From a virus (taxonomy: Duplodnaviria; Heunggongvirae; Uroviricota; Caudoviricetes): a stretch of 64,000 nt of DNA. Shown one piece after another: positions 17,888 to 27,143 of the stretch; positions within the stretch are counted from its first letter, which is position 1; each line of letters begins with the position of its first letter. Under the pieces are notes generated by a model that saw only the letters and a program-made list of their open reading frames with translations, searched no databases and had not been told where the DNA came from. The stretch spans positions 1 through 64,000 of the IMG/VR virus record IMGVR_UViG_2724679226_000002; one strand, 5' to 3'. The position numbers were made by a program, and so were the translations under genes.

Positions 17888-18817
17888 TTAATAATAATAA
17901 TGTATTTTTTTCTTTAAGTCAATAATTATTGTAATAATTGTTCCCGGAATTTTATATGTAAGATTTTTCATAACTTCTCTTTTTTTTATATCTCCATTTT
18001 TAGAATAAAAAGCTGCTTCATAAAATCCTTTTCCACTAATTATTTGAATTTTTCCCTCTATTTTGTGCATAAAACGAAAAAGTGTATACAATCCGAGTCC
18101 ACCAGATGTAGTTTTCGTAGTATGACTATTTTTTAATGCCCACTTTATACAATCAATATCGTCATTTTTCTTTATAAATGAATTGATATTATCATAAAAA
18201 GTTTCGCCTAGATTAGACATAGAAAAGATAAATTTTCGAGAAACTGGAAAAAACTGACCACAAGTTGATATAAAACTAGAGTTTGTATGTTGTATAACAT
18301 TTGCACATAATTCTGTAGTACATTCTAAAATTTTATTTTTTATTATTTCAGAGACACCATCAAATCTGTAATGAGAAATAACTTCTGTCAACATATAATC
18401 GCAAAATTTTTCAGTAGTCTTTTCTTCTTCTTCTTTTTCTATTCTTTTTATTTCATGTCTTGCAAATTGCACTGTTGTTTTTTTTCTGTCTTGAAGTATT
18501 TCTTCTTCAGATACAAGTTTTTCAGGTGAATTATTAAGATATCGATTTCTACATAACAAATTTTTAATTTCATCATTGAAACCACTGAATGTACTTTGAC
18601 CTAATTTTTCAAAATGATATCTTTTTATCATATCTAAAAAAACAACCATGTTGCCATCAATCTGAATTGTTTCAGAGTAATCAAAATGTACAACGTTCTC
18701 TCCTAAAACGTTTGATAATTTTTGAATTTTATCAAAAAAAATGGCAATTGTTTCATAAGTAAAAAAATCATTTCTTATTTTTATTGGTGCTGTTAATTTA
18801 TGTATATTTTTTTTCAT
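17888..18817 (-). CDS. GHKL-family ATPase (anti-sigma-factor-type serine kinase-like) with an N-terminal accessory domain
   Basis: An N-box (ELCANVIQHT) and a G2-box (TSGGLGLYTLF) in the C-terminal half mark it as HATPase_c-like. Confidence 0.55.
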   Translation of the reverse strand: MKKNIHKLTAPIKIRNDFFTYETIAIFFDKIQKLSNVLGENVVHFDYSETIQIDGNMVVFLDMIKRYHFEKLGQSTFSGFNDEIKNLLCRNRYLNNSPEKLVSEEEILQDRKKTTVQFARHEIKRIEKEEEEKTTEKFCDYMLTEVISHYRFDGVSEIIKNKILECTTELCANVIQHTNSSFISTCGQFFPVSRKFIFSMSNLGETFYDNINSFIKKNDDIDCIKWALKNSHTTKTTSGGLGLYTLFRFMHKIEGKIQIISGKGFYEAAFYSKNGDIKKREVMKNLTYKIPGTIITIIIDLKKKIHYYY

Positions 18818-18903
18818 GTTATCTTCCTTAAAATTTTATATTTTAATAAATCCATTCAACAAAAAGCAACCATGTTCATTCTATTTTGATACCTCAATTT
18901 TTT

Positions 18904-19236
18904 TCACTTAGTAACAATAAGCTTTAAACTTGGTTTTTCTGAAAAATCTATTTCTTCATTAACCGGTTCAATAAAATATTCACAAAACATACTTTCAGTG
19001 TTTCGGTATATTTCATGAAGAAAAACATTTAGTTCATATTCGATACCTTCATCAACATAAATTTGATAAGTTACTGTTTTATCATTTTCCGCTATTTTTC
19101 TTATATAAAAAGAATGTGCTTTATATACTACTTTCTTTAATTCAATGACTTTATTTTTCGTAAACAAACAATAAATATCGTCCCAAATTTTAATGCTTTT
19201 TCCTCCTGTGTGACCGTTTATTTCAATGGTTTCCAC
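18904..19236 (-). CDS. hypothetical protein
   Basis: 110-aa ORF upstream of the GHKL gene. Confidence 0.4.
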   Translation of the reverse strand: METIEINGHTGGKSIKIWDDIYCLFTKNKVIELKKVVYKAHSFYIRKIAENDKTVTYQIYVDEGIEYELNVFLHEIYRNTESMFCEYFIEPVNEEIDFSEKPSLKLIVTK

Positions 19237-19262
19237 TTCTATCCTTTCTCCCTCTTAACTTT

Positions 19263-19691
19263 GTATAATTTTAGTTTCTATCCTAAGTATTCTTTGATTT
19301 CTTCTAATATTTCTTTTTTTAAAAATAACTCTTTATCAGGAACATATTCTTCTCCCAAAATACCTTCTAACAAATAAGCAGCAAACTCATTCGCTTCTCT
19401 TTCTTGCTTTGCTGTCCTAATTATTTTGGTATGGTCTAGTAAAAATCGTGTTGTTTTGTCACAATGTAAGAGAGCATGTCATAACTCATGAGCTAACACA
19501 ATCTTAATTTCCCACTCAGTCAATTTATCGTTGATGGCTATAAATTTATTTCCAACCGCAGAGTTATAAAACCCTTTGATGTTTCCTAATTCCATAAACA
19601 CTACTTCAATATTAAGCTTTTTGCATATTTTAAAAATATTTCTTGTACCACACCGTTCAATCAAATTCTTAACTCTCAACCTAATATTCAC
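19263..19691 (-). pseudogene. ImmA/IrrE-family metallopeptidase gene interrupted by an in-frame TGA inside the HExxH motif
   Basis: The translation reads ...KIVLAHEL, stop, HALLHCDKTTRFLLDH...EREANEFAAYLLEG. The TGA sits where the Gly of HELGH is expected. Both halves are ImmA-like. Confidence 0.6.
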
Positions 19692-19699
19692 GAAAACAC

Positions 19700-20167
19700 C
19701 TACTTTTTATTTGTTTTATTTTTAGCGTATTTTTGTTTGTTTTTAGCCTTTCCGATAAAAAACATTTCTGTCATGGCGTCTAACAATTTTTTCTTATCTT
19801 CTTCTGATACTTTCTCATCTCCAAAGAATGATGAGGCTTGAGATAAAGTGGCTTCGTATTGATTGAGTTCTCTTGTGTTAAGAGTGGAAATTCTTGAATC
19901 CATTTTTTTGTCTAGTGAAATCAATTTCTTTTGAATTTTTTCTGGTAATCTTCTAAATTCTTCGTATTCTTCTATTTCATGTTGTTCTAAATCTGTTATA
20001 TGTAAAATTTTTTTTACATTAGTTAAATATGCCTTACTTGGTTTTGTTGCATTATTTTCAGTCATTGTGACATATGCTTGAGTAACTTTTGTTAGTTCTC
20101 CTAATTTTTCAGCAGTAATTCCCAGCATTTCTCTTTTTTGTTTTAAAATTTCTCCTGTTGTCCTCAT
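19700..20167 (-). CDS. XRE-family HTH regulator (ImmR-like)
   Basis: GITAEKLGELTKVTQAYVTMTENN is a helix-turn-helix. The gene is adjacent to the ImmA-like gene. Confidence 0.6.
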   Translation of the reverse strand: MRTTGEILKQKREMLGITAEKLGELTKVTQAYVTMTENNATKPSKAYLTNVKKILHITDLEQHEIEEYEEFRRLPEKIQKKLISLDKKMDSRISTLNTRELNQYEATLSQASSFFGDEKVSEEDKKKLLDAMTEMFFIGKAKNKQKYAKNKTNKK

Positions 20168-20303
20168 AAAAAACCTCTCTTTATAATTTTTTTTATTCTT
20201 ATATAATCATTTTACACTAATATTTATAAAAAAAGACTTGACATAAGTAAAAATTGGAATATTTTGGGAACATTTTTGGAATATTTTATTCTATTTTTTA
20301 TAA

Positions 20304-21341
20304 TTATTTTTTATTTTTTAAGAATTCTGCATAGTTTAATAAATCTTGTTGTTTGTCTGCTGATAAAGAGTTAAATAATTCAACGAAAGGATCTTTTTGT
20401 TTATTAGTTGAACTTCTTATGATTTTAATAACTTTGCCACAAGTTATAACTTCACTTGATTTTATTTCGATTGGTTTGTAGTAAGGATTGTCACTTTCCA
20501 AAACGAAAACACCATTTTTTTTAGCTAGTCTTTTTACTACTCCATCTCCAAATTCTTTGTTTAATAAAAATACTCCAATATCACCAATATTAACTTCGAC
20601 GTCTTTTTTTACAATTACAATATCTCCGTCATAGATAGTTTTTTCCATACTGTCTCCAGAAACACGAATTCCAATAATATCTCCGTCTATTTTAGGGATA
20701 GATACATATTTGATCGGAAGAGATTCAGGAGAATATCCATATCCAGCAGAAACACTTGAATACACAGGAACTTCTATAAGTTCATAACTGAGTTCAAAAT
20801 CAATATTAGAAATAGTTGAAGGATCCTTAAAGTTATTGTCGTAGTCAATATATGCTTTAATATGTTCAGCTTCAATGCGAGATATTTTAAAAGTTTTTAT
20901 AAAACTATCTATAAAATCGTTATTAGGTGTTTCTATACCTGATAAGTAGTTATTTAATAAAATTTCAGAAGTTTTTATTTTTTTGCATAAAAAAGTTATA
21001 TCATAATTATTTTCGGACATAAAATTTTTTAAATAGGTAGGAAATTTTTTTTCAAATTTGATATAATTTTCCTCTACATATTTGTAATTTTTTGAAGAAA
21101 TTATTTTTTTACTAACATCTAATGGAACTAACGTTGCAAATAATTCAACTCTTTCATCTGAGTTTAGATTTAGAGCTTTTGCCAATTTTTCAAGGGTAGT
21201 TTTTCTAGGTGTATTTCTCCCAGATTCTATATCTCCGATAGTTCCATTACCCACTTTTGCTTTTTCAGATAATTCTTTTATTGTCAAATTTCTGCTTTCT
21301 CTCAATTTTTTTAAAAGAATACGAATTTCCATTAAACTCAC
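20304..21341 (-). CDS. LexA/CI-type phage repressor (N-terminal HTH and C-terminal S24 peptidase)
   Basis: The helix-turn-helix reads LTIKELSEKAKVGNGTIGDIESG. The S24 domain reads GIRVSGDSMEKTIYDGDIVIVKK..VVKRL, with the Ser and Lys dyad. It is transcribed divergently from the early operon. Confidence 0.85.
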   Translation of the reverse strand: MSLMEIRILLKKLRESRNLTIKELSEKAKVGNGTIGDIESGRNTPRKTTLEKLAKALNLNSDERVELFATLVPLDVSKKIISSKNYKYVEENYIKFEKKFPTYLKNFMSENNYDITFLCKKIKTSEILLNNYLSGIETPNNDFIDSFIKTFKISRIEAEHIKAYIDYDNNFKDPSTISNIDFELSYELIEVPVYSSVSAGYGYSPESLPIKYVSIPKIDGDIIGIRVSGDSMEKTIYDGDIVIVKKDVEVNIGDIGVFLLNKEFGDGVVKRLAKKNGVFVLESDNPYYKPIEIKSSEVITCGKVIKIIRSSTNKQKDPFVELFNSLSADKQQDLLNYAEFLKNKK

Positions 21342-21349
21342 CCCTTTTT

Positions 21350-21505
21350 TTTTACATTATACTATACTATATACGTTTTTTGTAAAACTTTTAAAAAAAA
21401 ATGTTGACATATACGGCATAAACGTATATAATAAAAGTGTGAATAAGAAATAACAAATTCACAAATTTTTTTTAAAAACATTATACGGAATTAACGTATA
21501 AAAAT
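21350..21505. promoter_or_regulatory. divergent promoter and operator region
   Basis: TTGACA, a 17-bp spacer, then TATATAAT at about 21404-21432. Three TATACG..CGTATA inverted repeats are centred near 21365, 21419 and 21492. Confidence 0.55.
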
Positions 21506-21719
21506 AAATGTAAATTGGCAATCGAATACATCAAAAAGAACTTGTAAGCGAGTGCAAGTGAGAGAAAGACTACAGCGATAGACACTTCTTTCAAACTACA
21601 TTCAATACGTTCGGTGGAAGACAGAGTAACGAAACGGAGCAGGAAGAAAGGTTCTTTATTTTTAAAGATTGAATAGAATGGAAAGATTGTATTAAATTTT
21701 TAAAATAGGAGATGAGGAT

Positions 21720-22085
21720 ATGTCAACAAAATGTTTAATATTGAAATTTGAAAGAGGGAAATTTCAAGGTATCACTTGTCAATATGACGGGTATCTTGAA
21801 AATGTAGGAATGAAACTTTTAAATGGTTTCAATTCCAATAAAAAATTAAATGAACTAATAGAATTAGGGAATATTAGTTCATTAGGAAACGGTATAGAAG
21901 ATACTGTTTCTTATGGAGAAGACGGGTATGTATTTAGTCATATCCGAGAAATCGAGGAATTTACTGGAAATCCTGATTATGTTTATGTTAGATTTCTAGA
22001 TGGTTGGTACTTCACTAATAATGCTAGAAAATGTAGAAGTACCTTAGAAAAATTAACAAAAAAAACTATTAAAGAGAGAATGTAA
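21720..22085 (+). CDS. hypothetical early protein
   Basis: 121-aa ORF preceded by GGAG and the first gene of the rightward operon. Confidence 0.5.
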   Translation: MSTKCLILKFERGKFQGITCQYDGYLENVGMKLLNGFNSNKKLNELIELGNISSLGNGIEDTVSYGEDGYVFSHIREIEEFTGNPDYVYVRFLDGWYFTNNARKCRSTLEKLTKKTIKERM

Positions 22086-22121
22086 AATTCTCTCTTTTTA
22101 TTAAAAAAAGGAGTGTTAAAT

Positions 22122-22688
22122 ATGAAAGATATAAAATTGAGCAACAAAATTATGAGTTTAGATGTAGAAAGTAATGGACTATGGGGAGAACCAATCTCTA
22201 TAGGTTTTACCATTGAGGAAAACGGAAAAGTTATCGATAAATGGGAAGCTTGTTACATAGATCCAACAAAAGAATACAATGATTGGGTGAAAGAAAATGT
22301 GATAGTTCCTTTAAAAGAAAATAAAAATATATTCCATTGTTCTTCGTACGACAACCTCTTAAGGTTGTTTGTATTGAGATATATACATTATTGTAAAGAT
22401 TGCGGTCATACAGTTTTGTATCATATGGGGCATATAGTTGAAGCTAATCTTTTTAAAGAATTAGTTTCAGGTGGATATATTGGAGAATGGGATGCTCCTT
22501 ATACTCCAATTGAAGTATCTGCATTACTTGCAGTATGTGGATACGAAATGGACAGTGTAGACAAATTAGCGGAATTGAATTTAATTAAAAAGCCGGAGGC
22601 TTCACAACGTCATCAAGCATTGTATGACGCAGAAGTAACCGCTAGAGCTTATTGGTTTTTAAAAGCTCAGTTAGAAAAAAAAGAGTAA
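22122..22688 (+). CDS. DEDDh 3'-5' exonuclease (DnaQ-like)
   Basis: Exo I motif LDVESNGL and Exo III motif HQALYDAEVTA. The ATG at 22122 sits 8 nt after AAGGAG. Confidence 0.65.
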   Translation: MKDIKLSNKIMSLDVESNGLWGEPISIGFTIEENGKVIDKWEACYIDPTKEYNDWVKENVIVPLKENKNIFHCSSYDNLLRLFVLRYIHYCKDCGHTVLYHMGHIVEANLFKELVSGGYIGEWDAPYTPIEVSALLAVCGYEMDSVDKLAELNLIKKPEASQRHQALYDAEVTARAYWFLKAQLEKKE

Positions 22689-22692
22689 TAAT

Positions 22693-22926
22693 ATGAGAAT
22701 TCAAACAAAAAGACGTGGAGAAAAGTTAGAATACAAATTTATAAACAACAATAACCAACAGCAATGGCTACAAAAAGGACATGTTGGCGAAGTTCAAATT
22801 GGAGACATTGTTGTGAACAGAAAGTTCGGGTCAAACGGATTTCGACGTTATGACTACAGGACATTTGAAGAAGTGATCGAAATTTGTGATGATTATGTCA
22901 TCACAAAAGAGATAGGAGGAGAATGA
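22693..22926 (+). CDS. hypothetical protein
   Basis: 77-aa ORF. Confidence 0.45.
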   Translation: MRIQTKRRGEKLEYKFINNNNQQQWLQKGHVGEVQIGDIVVNRKFGSNGFRRYDYRTFEEVIEICDDYVITKEIGGE

Positions 22927-23099
22927 AGATGACTAAGAAAACAGAAAACTTTTTCATGTGTGTGGCTATCATTGGCATGGTCGCACTAGCAATCACGTTA
23001 GGCTATGACTTAATGTGTTTGAAGACCCCAACCATCATTCGATGGATTTTAGGAGTTTGTGGGGTGGTCGGATTTGTTTTTGGATATAAATATATATAG
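22923..23099 (+). CDS. small two-TM membrane protein
   Basis: 58 aa reading MKMTKKTENFFMCVAIIGMVALAITLGY...ILGVCGVVGFVFGYKYI. ATGA overlap with the previous gene. Not in the ORF track. Confidence 0.35.
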   Translation: MKMTKKTENFFMCVAIIGMVALAITLGYDLMCLKTPTIIRWILGVCGVVGFVFGYKYI

Positions 23100-23105
23100 G
23101 AGGGA

Positions 23106-23357
23106 ATGATGGATTTAGATAACATTGAAATAATTGAAGAAATTATTAAAAATATTAAAGTATTAAAAGAAGAAGTTGATTTTATGCAACAGATTATAAG
23201 AGGAGAATCTATACCAAGTAATACTGATTTTAAGAAAGCTGTTTATATAGTAAAAAACTCTTTTGAAGAAGAACAAAGAGAAGAATTTTTAAATGTACTT
23301 TTAAAATTGAAAGAGAAACAACTGAATGAGTATAAAGAAGATTTGAGGGTGATGTAA
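23106..23357 (+). CDS. hypothetical protein
   Basis: 83-aa ORF preceded by GGAGG. Confidence 0.45.
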   Translation: MMDLDNIEIIEEIIKNIKVLKEEVDFMQQIIRGESIPSNTDFKKAVYIVKNSFEEEQREEFLNVLLKLKEKQLNEYKEDLRVM

Positions 23358-23435
23358 ATGGACTATTTTATTGTCGGAATTGTGATAGCAGCATTAGGAA
23401 TTGTTGCTTTTATAGATATAGATTAGGAGGAAGAA

Positions 23436-23630
23436 ATGGAATTAGGGAATATTGATAAAGCTTTTTCTTTGATTATAGAGTACAAGGAAGAAAAGGCGAG
23501 ATTGGAATCATTGGAATATTTTGAAAAAGAAATTCCGAAGAATGATTCTTTGTATAAAAAAATTAAAGAAAGAATGCAAGAAAGAAAAGAAAGTATTCTT
23601 GCATTAGAATATGAAATCAAAGCTTTATAA
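23436..23630 (+). CDS. hypothetical coiled-coil protein
   Basis: 64-aa ORF preceded by GGAGG. Confidence 0.4.
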   Translation: MELGNIDKAFSLIIEYKEEKARLESLEYFEKEIPKNDSLYKKIKERMQERKESILALEYEIKAL

Positions 23631-23645
23631 AAAGGAGGAGTTGCT

Positions 23646-24272
23646 ATGAAAAAAGTTGCTCCTCTTAATAATTTAAGTCATGAAGATTGGCTTAAGTTGA
23701 GAAATTTAGGAATAGGAGGGTCTGATGTTGGTGCGATACTTGGATATGACAAGTATAAGAACAATGTACAGCTATGGAAGCACAAAAAAGGGATAGAGAA
23801 AATTGCTTTTAAAGGAAATGCTGCTACAGAACGAGGACATCAATCCGAAGATCCTATTGTTAGATTATGGGAAGCTTTTAATTTAGAAAGAGTAAGATTA
23901 ATAAAACCTGAATATTCATATTGTCATTCTGAATATGAATTTATGAGGGCGAATTTTGATTATTTCGGAGTGGTAGACGGAGAGAATTGTATTATTGAAA
24001 TTAAATCCGCAGAGCCACAGAATATGAAAGAATGGAAAGATGGAATCCCATATTCTTACTACTGTCAATGTTTACATTATTTGGCAGTTAGTGGATTAGA
24101 AACTTGTTATTTGATAGCTGCAATACGATTAAGAATGTCAAATGATATTGTTTTAAAAGAATATAGAATAAAGCGAGATGAAGATGAAATAAATTACATT
24201 ATAAAAAAAGAGGTGGAATTTTGGGAAAGTTTAAAATCTGATGTTCCACCTTTTTTAATTAAAAATATATAA
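23646..24272 (+). CDS. YqaJ-like viral recombinase exonuclease (PD-(D/E)XK)
   Basis: GIGGSDVGAILGY...LWKHKKG at the N-terminus and ...IEIKS... later. The gene sits upstream of RecT. Confidence 0.8.
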   Translation: MKKVAPLNNLSHEDWLKLRNLGIGGSDVGAILGYDKYKNNVQLWKHKKGIEKIAFKGNAATERGHQSEDPIVRLWEAFNLERVRLIKPEYSYCHSEYEFMRANFDYFGVVDGENCIIEIKSAEPQNMKEWKDGIPYSYYCQCLHYLAVSGLETCYLIAAIRLRMSNDIVLKEYRIKRDEDEINYIIKKEVEFWESLKSDVPPFLIKNI

Positions 24273-24284
24273 AGGAGTGAGAAA

Positions 24285-25181
24285 ATGCAAATACAAACGA
24301 CAACCTGTGTTCCAGCAGTATTAGAATTTAACTTTGAGGAAGTTAAAAATAATCTTCAGGAGCATTTAGAAAAGTATCAAGATTTAGTTGTTACAGAAGA
24401 AAACCAAAAAGAGATGAAATCAACTTTAGCTGATTTAAATAAAACGGCAAAAAGCATTGATGATTACAGAAAAGAACAAAAAAAGTTGATGTCAGAGCCA
24501 ATTAAAAAGTTTGAAGACAAATGCAAAGAGCTTTCGGAACTAGTTGTAAAAGTATCTAGTCCTATTAAAGTTCAATTAGATGTCTTTGAAGAAACTAGAA
24601 TGAAAGGAAAAGAGGAGGAAATCAAACTCTTAATTCAAAATGTTGTAGACAATGTGGAATTAAATCCTTATTATGCGAATCAGCTTGACATTCTTCCTAA
24701 GTATTTGAATAAGACTGCAAAAGAAAAAGATATTGTTGCAGATTTAGAAGCAAGAGCAGCTCAGTTAAAATTGCAACAAGACGCACAAGCTATGAAAGAG
24801 AAAATTCAAGCACAGAAAACAGATTTAATTCAAAAAGAGATTGAGGAAGCAAATAATAAATATAAAATCAATCTGAAAATTTCTAGTTTCCAATACTTAA
24901 TGTCAGATGAATATGAAATGTCTGATATTTCAAGTGTTATTGAAAAAGAAGCAAGAAGTAATTTTGAAAGAAAAGAGTATTATAAAAAATTAGAAGAAAA
25001 AGAAGAACAAGCAGAAGCAGAAGTAACACAAAATATTTCTGAAAAAAAAGAAGAAGTTAAGAAAGCAGTAAAAAATTACAATTTTACTTTACAAATAGAA
25101 AATTGTAGTTTGGAAGCTGCAAAAGAATTAAAAGAATTCCTAGAAGAGAGAGGAATTCAACATAAAATGATACAAGAATAG
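24285..25181 (+). CDS. hypothetical coiled-coil protein
   Basis: 298-aa ORF between the exonuclease and RecT. Confidence 0.5.
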   Translation: MQIQTTTCVPAVLEFNFEEVKNNLQEHLEKYQDLVVTEENQKEMKSTLADLNKTAKSIDDYRKEQKKLMSEPIKKFEDKCKELSELVVKVSSPIKVQLDVFEETRMKGKEEEIKLLIQNVVDNVELNPYYANQLDILPKYLNKTAKEKDIVADLEARAAQLKLQQDAQAMKEKIQAQKTDLIQKEIEEANNKYKINLKISSFQYLMSDEYEMSDISSVIEKEARSNFERKEYYKKLEEKEEQAEAEVTQNISEKKEEVKKAVKNYNFTLQIENCSLEAAKELKEFLEERGIQHKMIQE

Positions 25182-25190
25182 GAGGAAAAA

Positions 25191-25949
25191 ATGGAAGCAA
25201 AAAATAATTTAGTAAAAAAAGAAACAGAGAAAGGAACAATGTTGTTCCAAGTTGATGGAATGGAAGTAAAATTATCGCCTGCACTTGTCAGAAAATACCT
25301 CGTAAACGGGAATGGAAGCATTACAGATTCAGAAGTTGTTTATTTTATGCAACTATGTAAAGCAAGACACTTAAATCCGTTTACAAAAGATTGTTATTTA
25401 ATAAAATACAGTTCTCAACCAGCAACCATGGTTGTTGCAAAAGAAGCTTTAGAAAGAAGAGCTGTAAAGAATGAAAAATACAACGGTAAGAAAGTAGGAA
25501 TTTATGTAGAAAATGAAAATGGAGAATTGATTAAAAAAGATAATTGTATTCTCCTAAAGAGTGAAACTATTGTAGGAGCTTGGTGTGAAGTTTATAGAAA
25601 AGACTGGGAATATCCTGTGAAAATTGATGTAAACTTTGAAGAATACATTGGACGTACAAAAGATGGAACTCCGAATACAAACTGGGGAAACAGACCAGTA
25701 ACAATGATTACCAAAGTAGCAAAAGCCCAAGCTTTAAGAGAAGCTTTTGTAGAAGAACTTTCAGGAATGTATGATAGTGCAGAGGTTGAAAAGATTATTC
25801 CTGAAGAAGTCATCAATGAAGCCGAAACTAGAAATGTAAATGAGCTGGTAGAAGCAGAAGTCGTGACGGAAGAAAAGCCAACAAAGAAAGAAAAAGCAGT
25901 TGAGCAAAATACTTCTGATGATGAAATCGCAAGTATTTTTGGAAAGTAG
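25191..25949 (+). CDS. recT: RecT-family single-strand annealing recombinase
   Basis: A conserved RecT core (LNPFTKDCYLIKY...NWGNRPVTMITKVAKAQALREAF). Confidence 0.85.
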   Translation: MEAKNNLVKKETEKGTMLFQVDGMEVKLSPALVRKYLVNGNGSITDSEVVYFMQLCKARHLNPFTKDCYLIKYSSQPATMVVAKEALERRAVKNEKYNGKKVGIYVENENGELIKKDNCILLKSETIVGAWCEVYRKDWEYPVKIDVNFEEYIGRTKDGTPNTNWGNRPVTMITKVAKAQALREAFVEELSGMYDSAEVEKIIPEEVINEAETRNVNELVEAEVVTEEKPTKKEKAVEQNTSDDEIASIFGK

Positions 25950-25955
25950 GTAATT

Positions 25956-26132
25956 ATGGGAAAGAGTATAAAAAAATACAATTTACATAATATTGGAGAG
26001 GAAGTAGAAGAAGTTGGGAGACGATTGAGAACAATCGCTTCCAATTCTGACAATTCTTTAATTGACAAAGAAGAAATAAAAAGAATTGTTGGAAAATTGA
26101 AAAAATATGTAAAAACATTGGAGGTATTTTAA
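25956..26132 (+). CDS. small hypothetical protein
   Basis: 58-aa ORF filling the gap between RecT and SSB. Not in the ORF track. Confidence 0.3.
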   Translation: MGKSIKKYNLHNIGEEVEEVGRRLRTIASNSDNSLIDKEEIKRIVGKLKKYVKTLEVF

Positions 26133-26518
26133 TGAATGTAATTACTTTGATTGGTCGATTAACAAGAGATCCGGAAGTAAAATTCGGAGCAAGTGGAAAA
26201 GCTTATTGTAGGGTTTCCTTAGCAGTAAACAGACCATTTGATAAAGAACAAGCAGATTTTATTAACTGCGTATCTTTTGGAAAAACTGCGGAACTGATTG
26301 GAGAATATTTTAGAAAAGGACATCAAATTGGGGTATCCGGACATTTACAAATGAACCAGTTTGAAGCGAACGGAGAAAAAAGAACTTCTTATGATGTGAT
26401 TGTTGATAGTTTTGATTTCTTGAATAATAAGAAAGAAGAGGGGACAGTAAAACAAGAAAGTAAAAATACAAGCAAAAACAATGAAGTTTCAGAAGATGAA
26501 GAGGAATTTCCGTTTTAA
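26132..26518 (+). CDS. ssb: single-stranded DNA-binding protein
   Basis: An OB-fold N-terminus (MNVITLIGRLTRDPEV) and an acidic C-terminal tail ending DEEEFPF. Confidence 0.85.
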   Translation: MNVITLIGRLTRDPEVKFGASGKAYCRVSLAVNRPFDKEQADFINCVSFGKTAELIGEYFRKGHQIGVSGHLQMNQFEANGEKRTSYDVIVDSFDFLNNKKEEGTVKQESKNTSKNNEVSEDEEEFPF

Positions 26519-26653
26519 AAAAATGATAGGAGGGAAAATGAAGAAAAAAAGTTTTTGGGATTCGCCAGACGCAGCAAACTATGTTGCTGCTCTAGCATGT
26601 TTAATATCTTTAGCAAGTATTGTTTTCAATGTTTTGACAATCATTGAGAAAAG

Positions 26654-26965
26654 TCAAAAATAATGTGTATATATTGAGAAAGCTAAAGCAATACAAGCGA
26701 TAATGATAGAAAGTATTGCAAGATATAGAGATCGTTTTGAACTTTCTCGATTGTCTTGAATACTGACTTTCATTTTCTCAATCATATCAGAATGTTTGGC
26801 ATTTATATCTTCTAATTCTTTGATTTGTTTTTCTTGATTGATAGGTAAAATTGAAGAATTTTGTGTAATTTGTTCTAAAAGTTTCAAACCATTAAAATCT
26901 TGTGTGTAATAAGATTTTCCAATGGAATTAACATCGAAATTCTCAGATGAAAAATTTTCTTTCAT
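26654..26965 (-). CDS. C-terminally membrane-anchored hypothetical protein, antisense to the operon
   Basis: 103 aa with a C-terminal transmembrane helix (LAILSIIIACIALAFSIY). It has its own upstream region. Confidence 0.45.
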   Translation of the reverse strand: MKENFSSENFDVNSIGKSYYTQDFNGLKLLEQITQNSSILPINQEKQIKELEDINAKHSDMIEKMKVSIQDNRESSKRSLYLAILSIIIACIALAFSIYTHYF

Positions 26966-27074
26966 AGCCTTTTCTCCTTGTATTGTTTCTTTTGATTATA
27001 GCACAAATAAGATAAAGAACTAAATAAAAAGTGCCTTATACTCTCTTGAATTTTATGAGTTTTGTAGTGTAATA

Positions 27075-27133
27075 AAAAATACACTTGACAAAATAGCACC
27101 TAACAATTATACTTGTGTTAGGTGCTATTAAAA
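27075..27133 (+). promoter_or_regulatory. promoter with a perfect 13-bp-arm palindromic operator
   Basis: TTGACA followed by ATAGCACCTAACA-ATTATACTTG-TGTTAGGTGCTAT, which spans the -10 element. Confidence 0.55.
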
Positions 27134-27143
27134 GGAGAAACTT

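Noticed and set aside
19263-19691. Reassignment of TGA to Gly (genetic code 25, Gracilibacteria or SR1 type), suggested by the TGA at the HELGH Gly and another TGA after EPA in a methyltransferase-like fragment at 39529-39816
   Set aside because: TGA clearly acts as a stop elsewhere. There are ATGA stop and start overlaps at 2979-2982, 3554-3557, 3682-3685, 32727-32730 and 46215-46218. ORFs of 855, 591 and 460 aa are uninterrupted under the standard code. A single-site nonsense mutation is the simpler explanation.
21520-21660. Cro-like small ORF or small RNA in the GC-richer stretch between the repressor gene and the first early gene
   Set aside because: No ATG-initiated ORF with a ribosome-binding site, and only a weak terminator-like hairpin. 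Not enough evidence to call a feature.
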